DNA of 64,000 nucleotides from Candidatus Omnitrophota bacterium. GTDB taxonomy: Bacteria; Omnitrophota; Gorgyraeia; Gygaellales; Profunditerraquicolaceae. Each line of letters starts with the position of its first letter. The stretch's first letter is position 1. Under the pieces are notes generated by a model. The model searched no databases. It had not been told where the DNA came from and worked only from the letters and a program-made list of their open reading frames with translations. Location of the stretch: the NCBI GenBank assembly GCA_026387355.1, contig JAPLLW010000012.1, positions 62,612 to 126,611 on the forward strand, given 5' to 3'. Shown here piece by piece: positions 15,930-25,920 of the stretch. Both the position numbers and the translations under genes were made by a program.

Positions 15930-16939
15930 AGAATCTTAAAGAAATAATCAAGAAACTCAATAGATCTAAAGTTCTTGTCATCGGGGATTTGATTCTTGAT
16001 GAATACATCTGGGGAAAGGTAGAGAGGATTTCTCCCGAGGCCCCTGTTCCAGTAGTCTGGGCAAATAAAAAAACACATGTTCCGGGAGGGGCTGCGAACG
16101 TAGCGAATAATATCCGTTCATACGGAGCAGATGTGTATTTAGCGGGAGTACTCGGCAGCGATAAGAACGCCCAGGTGCTTTTAACAGAGCTAGAAAATAA
16201 TAAGATAAATACTAAGGGGATATTTGAGGAATCTACTCGATATACGACTGTAAAAAGCCGGATTATTGCAGGGCATCAACAGATAGTCAGAGTTGATTGG
16301 GAGCATACCGCGCCTTTAGCAAAAGAGACAACGCATAAGATTTTTAATTTTATTAAAATGAATATCAAAAATTTTGATGCGGTGATTATCGAAGATTATG
16401 GTAAGGGGGTAATTAACGCCCAGTTGCTTGGGAGCGTTATCTCTCTTGCTCGCTCGCATAATAAGATTATAATGGTTGATCCGAAAGAAGACCATTTTCA
16501 ATATTACGTAGGGGTAAATTCAATTACGCCTAACCGTAAGGAGCTTGAGAATGCGGTAAGGAATTTAAAGATTAAGGATAATAAAAATAAGTTGAAACTT
16601 GATAGCGATAAACTCTTCACCGATAAAGATATAAATCTTGCCGGTCAGCAAATCTTAGAATATTTAAACCTTGAGTCTTTATTGGTGACTTTGGGTGAGC
16701 AGGGAATGAAGTTATTTGAGAAGGGCGGCCGCATGACCCATATTCCGACCGTAGCTCAGGAGGTATTTGATGTCTCTGGAGCAGGGGATACGGTAATTTC
16801 CACTTTTACACTTGGTTTGTGCGCCGGTGCAAGTAAATTAGAGGCAGCGCATATTGCTAATTATGCAGCAGGTATCGTAGTCGGAAAAGTTGGCACGGCT
16901 ACAACTACCCGTGATGAACTATTAGAGAGGTTGGGTTAG
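15926..16939 (+). CDS. hldE: D-glycero-beta-D-manno-heptose-7-phosphate kinase (HldE/RfaE domain I, PfkB family). The adenylyltransferase domain is absent
   Basis: 'VLVIGDLILDEYIWGKVERISPEAPVPVV' is the RfaE kinase signature, and 'DVSGAGDTVISTF' is the PfkB motif. At 337 aa it covers only domain I. Confidence 0.85.
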   Translation: MKNLKEIIKKLNRSKVLVIGDLILDEYIWGKVERISPEAPVPVVWANKKTHVPGGAANVANNIRSYGADVYLAGVLGSDKNAQVLLTELENNKINTKGIFEESTRYTTVKSRIIAGHQQIVRVDWEHTAPLAKETTHKIFNFIKMNIKNFDAVIIEDYGKGVINAQLLGSVISLARSHNKIIMVDPKEDHFQYYVGVNSITPNRKELENAVRNLKIKDNKNKLKLDSDKLFTDKDINLAGQQILEYLNLESLLVTLGEQGMKLFEKGGRMTHIPTVAQEVFDVSGAGDTVISTFTLGLCAGASKLEAAHIANYAAGIVVGKVGTATTTRDELLERLG

Positions 16940-16941
16940 CT

Positions 16942-17682
16942 ATGGATGTGATCGGAGTAATTCCTGCTAGGTATTCTTCCACAAGATTCGAAGGTAAGGT
17001 CTTGGCTAAAATACTCGGTAAACCCATGATCCAGCATGTCTGGGAGAGGGCAAAGCAGGCAAAGTGTTTAGACGATATAATTATCGCTTGCGATAACGAA
17101 TCAGTGGCCAGAGTTGCTCAGGAATTTGGGGCAAAAGTTGTGATTACTTCTAAGGATCATACCTGCGGGACAGATAGGATAAGCGAAGTGATAAATCCTC
17201 TGGATGTAAAGATAGTGGTGAATATCCAAGGGGATGAGCCCTTGATTCATCCTACGATGATAGATAGCGTAGCGCGTGCGCTTTTAGAAGATAAAAGTTT
17301 AAATATGGCTACGCTTATGAAAAGGATAGATGATGCACAGTCTGTTAGCGATCCGAATGTAGTTAAGGTGGTAGTGGATAGAAATAATTTTGCCTTGTAT
17401 TTCTCACGCTCAGCCATTCCTTATTTTGCGAATAATTCCGAAATTAAAGATCCGGTTTATTTTAAGCATATCGGGCTATATGCCTATACCAAAGATTTTA
17501 TCTTTACCTATAGAAATCTACCCGTTTCTATTTTAGAACAGATTGAAAAACTTGAACAGTTAAGGGTTCTGGATGGTGGTTTTAGGATTAAGGTTATTGA
17601 AACAAAGTATGATACCGTAGGCGTAGATACTCAAAGCGACCTAGAGAAGGTTGAGGCTTATTTAAGAGAAGAGAAGATATAA
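16942..17682 (+). CDS. kdsB: 3-deoxy-manno-octulosonate cytidylyltransferase (CMP-Kdo synthetase)
   Basis: 'VIGVIPARYSSTRFEGKVLAKILGKPMIQHVWERA' is the canonical KdsB N-terminus. Confidence 0.9.
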   Translation: MDVIGVIPARYSSTRFEGKVLAKILGKPMIQHVWERAKQAKCLDDIIIACDNESVARVAQEFGAKVVITSKDHTCGTDRISEVINPLDVKIVVNIQGDEPLIHPTMIDSVARALLEDKSLNMATLMKRIDDAQSVSDPNVVKVVVDRNNFALYFSRSAIPYFANNSEIKDPVYFKHIGLYAYTKDFIFTYRNLPVSILEQIEKLEQLRVLDGGFRIKVIETKYDTVGVDTQSDLEKVEAYLREEKI

Positions 17683-18494
17683 TGCATGAGGTAATGGTAA
17701 AAAATATTCCGCTCGGTAATTCCAGGCCTTTGGTGCTTATTGCCGGACCCTGCGTAATCGAATCCCAAACGTTATGTCTTGATACCGCCAAAAGAATTAA
17801 GGATATTACTGTTAAGTTAGGTATTCCTTATATATTTAAATCCAGCTTTGATAAGGCTAACCGTACCTCCGTAGATTCTTATCGCGGGCCGGGGATAAAA
17901 AAAGGCCTTGAGGTTTTAAATAAGGTTAAGCAGCAGATCAAGGTTCCGGTATTAAGCGATGTGCATTGCGCTAAGGATATGCAAGAGGCTGCGAAAGTCT
18001 TGGATATTATCCAGATTCCGGCTTTTTTATCACGCCAGACGGATATTATAGTAAGCGCAGCTAAAACCGGCAAGGTTGTGAATATAAAAAAAGGGCAATT
18101 CTTGGCTCCTTGGGATATCTTGCCGATTATCAAGAAAATTGAATCCGTAGGCAATAAGAAGATTATCATTACTGAGCGGGGGGTAAGTTTTGGTTACAAT
18201 AATTTAGTTACGGATTTTAGGGCGCTACAGATAATGCGCGATTTTGGTTATCCGGTTATCTATGATGCAACCCATAGTATTCAGATTCCCGGTGGGAAGG
18301 GAACTTGTTCCGGAGGAGAAAGAAAGTTCGTGGATGGATTATCGCGCTCAGCCGTAGCTTTTGGTTGCGATGGCCTGTTTCTGGAAGTGCATCCTGATCC
18401 GGATAAAGCGCCTTGCGACGGAGCCAATATGATTAATCTAAAAGATTTGGAAAGGCTACTTAAACAAATTAAAAAGATAGAGGCAGCATTATGA
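17682..18494 (+). CDS. kdsA: 2-dehydro-3-deoxyphosphooctonate aldolase (Kdo-8-P synthase)
   Basis: 'LVLIAGPCVIES' and the DAHP-synthase-I family architecture, at 270 aa. Confidence 0.9.
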   Translation: MHEVMVKNIPLGNSRPLVLIAGPCVIESQTLCLDTAKRIKDITVKLGIPYIFKSSFDKANRTSVDSYRGPGIKKGLEVLNKVKQQIKVPVLSDVHCAKDMQEAAKVLDIIQIPAFLSRQTDIIVSAAKTGKVVNIKKGQFLAPWDILPIIKKIESVGNKKIIITERGVSFGYNNLVTDFRALQIMRDFGYPVIYDATHSIQIPGGKGTCSGGERKFVDGLSRSAVAFGCDGLFLEVHPDPDKAPCDGANMINLKDLERLLKQIKKIEAAL

Positions 18495-19459
18495 AGATAG
18501 ATGTGATTAAAAGGGCAAGAGAGGTTTTTGATATCGAGGCAGGCGCAATTAAAGATTTAAAAAAGCGCCTGGGTAAGAATTTTAAAGATTCAGTAAGTTT
18601 AATCCTGAAGACAAAAGGTCGGGTAATCGTAAGCGGGATGGGTAAGACCGGGATTATCGCTCAGAAATTTTCTGCTACTCTTGCATCAACCGGTACACCT
18701 AGTCTATTTTTGCATACTGCTGAAGCAATTCACGGCGATCTAGGTAAGGTTACAAACGACGATGTAGTTATTATACTTTCTAATAGCGGTTCGACCGAAG
18801 AGATGAAGCAATTTCTCCCGCTATTAAAGAAGATAGGTGCTAAAGTGATTGCGCTTACCGGTAACACAAAGTCTATTTTAGCAAAATATAGCGATTTAGT
18901 CTTAGATGTATCCGTAAAGAAAGAAGCATGTCCTTTAGGTCTTGCGCCTACGGCGTCTACTACCGCAACTCTAGCTATGGCTGATGCCCTAGCGGTCTGC
19001 TTATTGGAATTAAAAGGTTTTAAAGAAAAAGATTTTGCATTCTTTCATCCCGGTGGTGCTTTAGGCAAGCGCCTGCTTTTGAAGGTTGAAGATATTATGC
19101 GCTCAGGCAAAGCTAACCCGATAGTTAAAGAGAATGAATTGGTCTCAAGGGTGCTTTTAAAGATTACTCAGGCCCGCGCAGGTTCGGCTACAGTAATAGA
19201 TAGAGCCGGGAAGTTAATAGGTATATTTACTGACGGAGATCTGCGCCGCCATGTGGAGATTGATCGTAATCTTTCTGTACGCAAGATTAAAGAGGTAATG
19301 ACCAAGAATCCTACTGTAGTTTATAAGGATATGCTGGCAGCCGAGGCTATGCGCATCTTGCAGGAGAAAAGAATTGATGAATTACCGGTAGTAAATATTA
19401 AAAGAGAGCCGGTTGGACTTTTAGATGTGCAGGATCTTTTAAAAGCAGGATTAGCTTAA
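18491..19459 (+). CDS. kdsD: Arabinose-5-phosphate isomerase KdsD/KpsF (SIS plus tandem CBS domains)
   Basis: The SIS motif 'GRVIVSGMGKTGIIAQKFSATLASTGTPS' is followed by C-terminal CBS pairs. Confidence 0.9.
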   Translation: MKIDVIKRAREVFDIEAGAIKDLKKRLGKNFKDSVSLILKTKGRVIVSGMGKTGIIAQKFSATLASTGTPSLFLHTAEAIHGDLGKVTNDDVVIILSNSGSTEEMKQFLPLLKKIGAKVIALTGNTKSILAKYSDLVLDVSVKKEACPLGLAPTASTTATLAMADALAVCLLELKGFKEKDFAFFHPGGALGKRLLLKVEDIMRSGKANPIVKENELVSRVLLKITQARAGSATVIDRAGKLIGIFTDGDLRRHVEIDRNLSVRKIKEVMTKNPTVVYKDMLAAEAMRILQEKRIDELPVVNIKREPVGLLDVQDLLKAGLA

Positions 19460-19462
19460 GGC

Positions 19463-20005
19463 ATGTTCAATAATCCCATTACTGAAGATTTAAAAGAGCA
19501 CGCAAAAAAGATAAAGATTCTATTATTGGATGTGGATGGAGTGCTTACTGACGGCCGCATTGTTTATGATTCTAAGGCCCGGGATTCAAAGTTCTTTGAC
19601 GTGCATGATGGGTTAGGCGTTTATCTTTTAAGCAAAGTAGGTATAAAGACCATAATTGTGACTGCTAAGAGCTCGCGGGCGATTAAGCCAAGGGCCAAAG
19701 ACATGCGGGTAGCTGAAGTATTCGGTGATGTCTCACCCAAAAGCGCTATCCTTGATAAAATTATAAAGAAATATAATGTTTCTAAAGATGAAGTTTGTTT
19801 TGTCGCCGATGATCTTGTGGATCTAGGCTTAATGAAACTTGTTGGTTTTCCGGTTGCAGTCTTTAATGCCTGTCCTGAAATTAAACAGGTAGCCTCTTAT
19901 ATTACTATAAAGCATGGAGGTAGAGGCGCTGTGCGCGAAGTTGCCGAATTGATTCTTAAGGCGCAGGGCAAATGGAATGATATTGTAAAATTTTATGAAG
20001 CTTAA
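19463..20005 (+). CDS. kdsC: Kdo-8-phosphate phosphatase (HAD family)
   Basis: 'IKILLLDVDGVLTDGRIVY' and the 180-aa size fit KdsC. Its position after kdsD mirrors the E. coli yrbH-yrbI order. Confidence 0.85.
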   Translation: MFNNPITEDLKEHAKKIKILLLDVDGVLTDGRIVYDSKARDSKFFDVHDGLGVYLLSKVGIKTIIVTAKSSRAIKPRAKDMRVAEVFGDVSPKSAILDKIIKKYNVSKDEVCFVADDLVDLGLMKLVGFPVAVFNACPEIKQVASYITIKHGGRGAVREVAELILKAQGKWNDIVKFYEA

Positions 20006-20903
20006 ACAGCTCTTTTTTATCTTAGTTATCTTCTTTTTATCAGTAACTAACTGTTTAGCGGTGAAAAGTACCCCAAGCGTAGAATCTGACCAGCAGATCA
20101 GCGGTTTTTCTTTAGCAGGATACGCTGATAAGGGTAAGAAGAGTTGGGATATTGCCGGTAAAGAAGCTGAGATTTTTGCGGATACGGTAAAATTAAAAGA
20201 CGTTGAAGGAAATCTTTACGGTAAAGATGAGGATGTTAACCTTACTTCTAAGACAGGAGATTTTAATAAGGCAGACGGCAAAGTGCACTTAGAAAAGGAT
20301 GTGGTAATTACTACTTCAAAAGGGACTAAGCTTACCACTAATTCTATGGATTGGGATAGGAAGAATGAGATAGTTACTACGCTGGATAGGGTTAATATAG
20401 AAAAAGATAATATGAATCTTACGGGGATTGGGGCTCATGGAGAGCAGCGCTTAAAAAAAGTTGCGCTTAATAAAGACGTAAGGTTGGATATTAATCCCAC
20501 TCCTCCTTCGCTTAAGGCAGGAGAGATGAGCGTGAGCGATAAGGTTGTGGTTACTTGCGACGGTCCTCTGACCATAGATTACGATAAGAATGTTGCTACC
20601 TTTAATGATAATGTCAGGGTAGAGAGGATTGATTCTGTAATTTATAGCGATGCAATGGATTTATATTTTAGCTCAGGGAAATCCAAAGACGTAGTATCAA
20701 ATAAGGCCCCAAGCCTTATGGGAAACAATAAGATTGACAGGATCGTGGCTCGAGGCAATGTTAGGATTGTACGCGGTGAGAATACCTCTTATAGCGACGA
20801 AGCAGTTTATACAGCTATTGATAAAAAGATAATACTAAGCGGTAGACCGAAGCTAGTTTTTTATACCACAGAGGATTTTAAAAATGCATCTTTTGGAAAT
20901 TAA
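19995..20903 (+). CDS. LptA/LptC (OstA-like) periplasmic LPS-transport protein
   Basis: There is a signal peptide. The protein is rich in beta-strands with OstA-like repeats, and its position between kdsC and lptB matches the conserved yrbH-yrbI-lptC-lptA-lptB arrangement. The 302-aa length may indicate a fused or extended LptC/LptA. Confidence 0.6.
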   Translation: MKLKQLFFILVIFFLSVTNCLAVKSTPSVESDQQISGFSLAGYADKGKKSWDIAGKEAEIFADTVKLKDVEGNLYGKDEDVNLTSKTGDFNKADGKVHLEKDVVITTSKGTKLTTNSMDWDRKNEIVTTLDRVNIEKDNMNLTGIGAHGEQRLKKVALNKDVRLDINPTPPSLKAGEMSVSDKVVVTCDGPLTIDYDKNVATFNDNVRVERIDSVIYSDAMDLYFSSGKSKDVVSNKAPSLMGNNKIDRIVARGNVRIVRGENTSYSDEAVYTAIDKKIILSGRPKLVFYTTEDFKNASFGN

Positions 20904-21606
20904 AGGGCTAAGTAAATCTTACGGCGGCAGAGAAGTAGTTAAGGGCGTAGACATCCTGGTTAAGCGCGGAGAGATCGTCGGACTCCTGGGCCCTAATGGC
21001 GCCGGTAAAACAACTACTTTTTATATGGTAGTCGGAATCATTCCTCCTAACCGCGGAAAGATAGTCTTTGACAATTACGATATAACTAATTTACCTATTC
21101 ATGAACGCGCTCATTTTGGCATTGGTTATCTTTCGCAAGAAGCATCCATATTCCGTAAGCTCACAGTCGAAGAGAATATCATGGCAATCTTAGAGACACT
21201 CCCTATTAGCAGGCCAGAAAGAAAGCATCGTTTGGAGAGTTTGCTTAATGAACTAAATATAGCGCATCTTGCAAAGAGCAAAGCTTATACTTTATCTGGA
21301 GGCGAAAGACGCAGGCTCGAAATTACCCGCGCGCTAGTAACGAATCCATCCTTCATACTTTTAGATGAACCGTTCTCCGGCATTGATCCTATCGTAGTTA
21401 ATGAGGCGCAGGAGATTATTAAGGAATTAAGGGATAAAGGTTTAGGAATTTTACTTACGGATCATAATGTGAGAGAGACACTCTCTATCACTGATAGGGC
21501 GTATTTGATCGCCGAAGGTAAGATTCTTATTTCAGGTACAGCCGATGAACTTATTAATAACGCACAAGCCCGTTCGATTTATTTGGGTGAGAAATTCAGG
21601 ATGTAA
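20884..21606 (+). CDS. lptB: LPS export ABC transporter ATP-binding protein LptB
   Basis: Walker A 'GPNGAGKTT', ABC signature '[11 protein letters not shown]', Walker B '[11 protein letters not shown]', at 240 aa. Confidence 0.85.
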   Translation: MHLLEIKGLSKSYGGREVVKGVDILVKRGEIVGLLGPNGAGKTTTFYMVVGIIPPNRGKIVFDNYDITNLPIHERAHFGIGYLSQEASIFRKLTVEENIMAILETLPISRPERKHRLESLLNELNIAHLAKSKAYTLSGGERRRLEITRALVTNPSFILLDEPFSGIDPIVVNEAQEIIKELRDKGLGILLTDHNVRETLSITDRAYLIAEGKILISGTADELINNAQARSIYLGEKFRM

Positions 21607-21617
21607 GAAAGGATAAA

Positions 21618-22493
21618 ATGAAGACCGAGGTAAAGAAGATTGATAGTAACGTAAGAGAGCTTAATGTAGAGATAAGTGGAGATGTAGTAAAAAATAAATT
21701 TGAAGATGTCTTTAAGCGCATAGGCTCGGAGGCAAAGGTTCCGGGATTTAGACCGGGGAATGCCCCGCGTGATATTTTAGAAAAGAATTATGCCGCACTT
21801 GCGCATGAGCAGGTATTAAAGGAGCTGGTTCCGGATATCTATAATGAGGCGATTAATAAAGAAGGGCTTGATGTTATTGAGATGCCCGAGATAACTGATG
21901 TGAAGCTTGAGAGGGAGCTACTCTCTTTTAAGGCAAAGGTTGAAGTAAGTCCTGAAATCAGCGTTAAAGACTATAAGGGTATTAAAATAAATTATAAGAG
22001 TGAAAATGTTTCTGCTGACGAAATTAAGCGCGCCGTTGATTCAATAAAAGAGTCGCGCAAGTTTGAGAAAATAGATGATAACCTGGCCAAGTCTTTAGGC
22101 TATCCGAATATGGCACAGCTAGAGAAGGTGCTAGAGAAGCAGATCTTTGTGCAGAAAGAAAATTCAGAGCGTCAAAAATCAGAGAGTAATATTATTGAAA
22201 GCCTGGTTAAGGGGCTGGATTTCAAGCTTCCGCAGTCTCTGGTTAAGCGCCAGCTTGAGGATATGGTCAGGCAGGCTAAAGTGGATTTAGCTTTAAAAGG
22301 AATGAGCCGCGAAAAAATAGATGAACAGGAGAAAAAGATTCGCGAGGAATTAATCCCTGAATCAGAGAAACAGGTTAAAGTTTATTTGGTGCTTGCGGCA
22401 ATAGCTAAGAAGGAGAATGTCGCCCAGGATGAACATATGCCGCGAAAAGTTATGGAGTTTATCATGAGGGAGGCAGATTGGAATATAAGTTAA
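21618..22493 (+). CDS. tig: Trigger factor lacking the central PPIase (FKBP) domain
   Basis: The N-terminal ribosome-binding domain carries the 'GFRPGNAP' signature, and a C-terminal chaperone arm is present. Only 291 aa remain, with no FKBP-type segment, and clpP follows directly. Confidence 0.75.
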   Translation: MKTEVKKIDSNVRELNVEISGDVVKNKFEDVFKRIGSEAKVPGFRPGNAPRDILEKNYAALAHEQVLKELVPDIYNEAINKEGLDVIEMPEITDVKLERELLSFKAKVEVSPEISVKDYKGIKINYKSENVSADEIKRAVDSIKESRKFEKIDDNLAKSLGYPNMAQLEKVLEKQIFVQKENSERQKSESNIIESLVKGLDFKLPQSLVKRQLEDMVRQAKVDLALKGMSREKIDEQEKKIREELIPESEKQVKVYLVLAAIAKKENVAQDEHMPRKVMEFIMREADWNIS

Positions 22494-23128
22494 ATAAAAA
22501 ACATAACAGGGAGGTTGGAATGGAGATTAAAAATCAGACTTTAGTCCCTATGGTTATTGAGCAGACCTCAAGAGGCTATGAGCGCGCCTATGATATCTAT
22601 TCAAGGCTTTTAAAAGATCGCATACTTTTTATAGGTACTCCCATAGATGACTATGTCGCCAATTTAATTATTGCTCAGATTTTATTTTTGCAGATGGAAG
22701 ATGTAGGTAAAGATATAAATGTATATATTAATTCTCCGGGAGGCTCAGTTACCGCCGGTCTTGCTATATACGATACTATGCAGTTTGTGAAATGCGATAT
22801 CGCTACTTATTGCGTAGGGCAGGCCTCAAGCATGGGGGCACTTTTATTGTGCGCAGGGACTAAGGGAAAACGCCAGTCTCTTCCTAACTCAAGGGTGATG
22901 ATCCATCAACCCTGGGGTGGCGTGCAGGGACAGGCTGAAGATATCTCCCGTCATGCCCAGGAGATCTTAAAGATGCGCGATAGGATAAATGAAATACTTG
23001 CTCAGCACACAGGGCAATCATTGGAAAAGGTGCAAAAGGATACTGATAGGGATTATTTTATGTCTGCTGCTGAAGCTAAGGCCTATGGGCTCGTTGACGA
23101 AGTAATTATCCCGAATAAAAAGAAATAA
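22478..23128 (+). CDS. clpP: ATP-dependent Clp protease proteolytic subunit
   Basis: '[20 protein letters not shown]', the catalytic Ser in '[11 protein letters not shown]', and 'MIHQP'. Confidence 0.95.
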   Translation: MEYKLNKKHNREVGMEIKNQTLVPMVIEQTSRGYERAYDIYSRLLKDRILFIGTPIDDYVANLIIAQILFLQMEDVGKDINVYINSPGGSVTAGLAIYDTMQFVKCDIATYCVGQASSMGALLLCAGTKGKRQSLPNSRVMIHQPWGGVQGQAEDISRHAQEILKMRDRINEILAQHTGQSLEKVQKDTDRDYFMSAAEAKAYGLVDEVIIPNKKK

Positions 23129-23182
23129 GAATTTTATTTTCTAAATATAATATACCTTAAAAGATAGGAGGATTTCTTTGTC

Positions 23183-24319
23183 ATGAGGAAAAATTATCTA
23201 CTTACCCCAGGACCTACACCTCTACCACCGCAAGTAATGGAGGCGATGGCTAGGCCGATTATTCATCATCGCACCCCGCAATTTCAGGAGATTTTAATTG
23301 AGGCAACCGAAGGGATTAAATATGTCTTTCAGACTTCCGGTGATGTATTTATTCTAGCCTCTTCTGGTACCGGCGCGATGGAGGCCGCAGTAATTAATCT
23401 TCTTTCGCCCGGTGATACCGCACTTTTGATACAGGGAGGAAAATTCGGGGAGAGATGGACTGAGATCTGCAAGGCTTACGGGATTAATGCCGAAGTCCTG
23501 GATGTGGAATGGGGCAAGGCAGTAGATTTTAAAGATATAGAGAAAAGATTAAAAGCTAACCCTAATATTAAGGTTGTATTCACTACGCATTGTGAGACTT
23601 CAACAGGTGTGGTTAATGATATCGAGGCAATTGGTAATGTTGTTAAGAATACGCATGCAGTTTTAGTGGTTGATGCCATAAGCGGACTAGGAGCTATTGA
23701 TTTAAAGACCGATGCCTGGGGTTGTGATCTAGTAGTTTCCGGTTCACAGAAAGGTTTAATGCTTCCGCCTGGTTTAGGTTTTATCTCGGTAAGCGCTAAA
23801 GCCTGGAAGATGATCGAAGCTTCAAAGTCAGTGCGTTATTACTTTGATTTAAGGAAGTCAAAGAAGGCTATTGATAAGAATGACACTCCTTTTACTCCGG
23901 CAATCACTCTGATCATTGCCCTTGTTGAGGCACTTAGGATTATAAAGCAAGATGGTTTAGAGAATATTTTTAGACGTCATAGAAAAATGGCTGACGCAAC
24001 GCGCGCAGCAATGAAGGCATTAGGGCTTGAATTATTTGCACCCACCGCTGCTTCGGATGTTGTAACATCAGTTAAAGCGCCTGTTGGAATCGATGGAGAA
24101 AAACTGGTTAAAACTATGCGCGATACCTACGGAGTAACCATTGCCGGAGGGCAAGATGAGTTAAAAGGTAAAGTCTTTAGAATTGCACATATGGGTTTTA
24201 TCGAAGAGTTCGACATTATCGCCGGTATTTCATGTCTTGAGAAGGTGCTGACACAAATGGGTTATAAATTTCAAATGGGTTCGGGGGTTAAAGCAGCAGA
24301 AGAAATATTTCTGAAATAA
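23183..24319 (+). CDS. Class-V aminotransferase (AGXT / archaeal-type phosphoserine aminotransferase family)
   Basis: 'LLTPGPTPLPPQVMEAM' is the class-V aminotransferase N-terminus. The PLP-Lys region reads 'SGSQKGLM'. The gene sits adjacent to serA. Confidence 0.8.
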   Translation: MRKNYLLTPGPTPLPPQVMEAMARPIIHHRTPQFQEILIEATEGIKYVFQTSGDVFILASSGTGAMEAAVINLLSPGDTALLIQGGKFGERWTEICKAYGINAEVLDVEWGKAVDFKDIEKRLKANPNIKVVFTTHCETSTGVVNDIEAIGNVVKNTHAVLVVDAISGLGAIDLKTDAWGCDLVVSGSQKGLMLPPGLGFISVSAKAWKMIEASKSVRYYFDLRKSKKAIDKNDTPFTPAITLIIALVEALRIIKQDGLENIFRRHRKMADATRAAMKALGLELFAPTAASDVVTSVKAPVGIDGEKLVKTMRDTYGVTIAGGQDELKGKVFRIAHMGFIEEFDIIAGISCLEKVLTQMGYKFQMGSGVKAAEEIFLK

Positions 24320-24333
24320 ATAAGGAGTAACCG

Positions 24334-25920
24334 ATGATTAAAATCTTAGTGAGTGATCCACTCTCAGACGAAGGATTAAAAATTCTTAAAGATATTAAAG
24401 AATTCCAAGTGGACATTAAGACTGATTTAAAGCCGGAAGAACTAAAGTCAGTTATTAAGGATTATGATGCTCTTTTAGTAAGAAGTGCTACTAAGGTCAA
24501 TAAAGACCTGCTCGATGCGGCGGTAAAGCTTAAGGTAGTAGGCCGGGCAGGTGTTGGGCTGGATAATGTTGATCTCGGTGCTGCAACTCAAAAAGGCGTT
24601 ATTGTTATGAATACGCCCGGAGGAAACACTGTTTCTACGGCAGAACACGCGCTAAGTCTGATACTTTCGCTTTCGCGCAATATACCTCAGGCAAACGCTT
24701 CGATGAAGAAGGCTGAATGGAAACGTTCAAAGTTTATGGGGGTTGAGCTTTACGCGAAAACTCTTGGGATTATAGGTTTTGGCAGGATCGGGAGAGAAGT
24801 GGCAAAAAGGGCTTTATCTTTTGGGATGATTGTAGAGGCATATGACCCTTTCTTATCGCGCGAAGTTGCGGAATCGCTGGGTATTAAAATTGTCGAGCTA
24901 AAAGAATTATTTCAAGCCGCAGATTATATTACTATGCATACCCCGATGACCGAAGAAACAAAACATATGATATCTGCCGAGCAGTTTAAGATTATGAAGA
25001 AAGGCGTGCGTATTATTAATTGCGCAAGAGGAGGGATTATTGATGAGCAGGCTTTGATAGCTGCAGTTAAAGAAGGAAAGGTCGCGGGGGCTGCGTTGGA
25101 TGTCTTTGAGAAAGAGCCGTTAACTGCTGACAGTGAACTTTTGAAACTCGATAATATAATTCTTACTCCGCATTTAGGCGCATCTACCGAAGAGGCCCAG
25201 GTTAATGTGGCTATTGAAGTAGCTGAGATTGTGCGCGATGCGCTTTTAGGTAGAGGGATCCGTAACGCTGCTAATTATCCGTGCTTAGAGGCCGAAGTTA
25301 GTAAGATGCTTGATCCTTACATGGCACTAGCCGAGAAATTAGGCGCTTTTTGTTCTCAACTTGTCGAAGGCAGATTTCAAGAATTAGATATAAGTTATAG
25401 CGGAGAGATTGCCGCTTATGATTTAAGTCCTCTGACTATGGCGATCTCTAAGGGGCTACTTTCTCCAATACTAAAAGAAACGGTAAATTTTATAAATGCC
25501 GTTTCTTTGGCCAAAGAACGGGGAATTAAAATTAAAGAAGCAAAATCTTCTAAGGAGAATGAATTCGTTAATCTTATCCAGCTACAGATAAAGACTGATA
25601 AAGAGACAAGAATGGTATCTGGTACTCTCTCGAGTAATAAGAAAACAAGGATTGTAAAGATTGACGAATACTATGTAGATCTTGCGCCTACCGACGAGAT
25701 GATTTATATTGAAAATTGGGATAGGCCTGGTCTTATCGGAAGTTTAGGGACGTTTTTAGGCAAGCACAATATAAATATTGCGGCTATGACTTTTGGTCGG
25801 GACAATCCGGGTGGAAAGGCAATTAGCGTTTTGACCGTAGATAGCCCTGTTTCTGCAGAGACTATTGAGCAGATTAAGAAATTAGAGAATATTCTCACTG
25901 TTAAAGGCATAAGGTTATGA
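24334..25920 (+). CDS. serA: D-3-phosphoglycerate dehydrogenase with a C-terminal ACT domain
   Basis: The 2-hydroxyacid dehydrogenase NAD motif 'GIIGFGRIGREVA', the catalytic 'CARGGIID...TPHLGASTEEA', and the 528-aa length with ASB/ACT domains. Confidence 0.9.
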   Translation: MIKILVSDPLSDEGLKILKDIKEFQVDIKTDLKPEELKSVIKDYDALLVRSATKVNKDLLDAAVKLKVVGRAGVGLDNVDLGAATQKGVIVMNTPGGNTVSTAEHALSLILSLSRNIPQANASMKKAEWKRSKFMGVELYAKTLGIIGFGRIGREVAKRALSFGMIVEAYDPFLSREVAESLGIKIVELKELFQAADYITMHTPMTEETKHMISAEQFKIMKKGVRIINCARGGIIDEQALIAAVKEGKVAGAALDVFEKEPLTADSELLKLDNIILTPHLGASTEEAQVNVAIEVAEIVRDALLGRGIRNAANYPCLEAEVSKMLDPYMALAEKLGAFCSQLVEGRFQELDISYSGEIAAYDLSPLTMAISKGLLSPILKETVNFINAVSLAKERGIKIKEAKSSKENEFVNLIQLQIKTDKETRMVSGTLSSNKKTRIVKIDEYYVDLAPTDEMIYIENWDRPGLIGSLGTFLGKHNINIAAMTFGRDNPGGKAISVLTVDSPVSAETIEQIKKLENILTVKGIRL

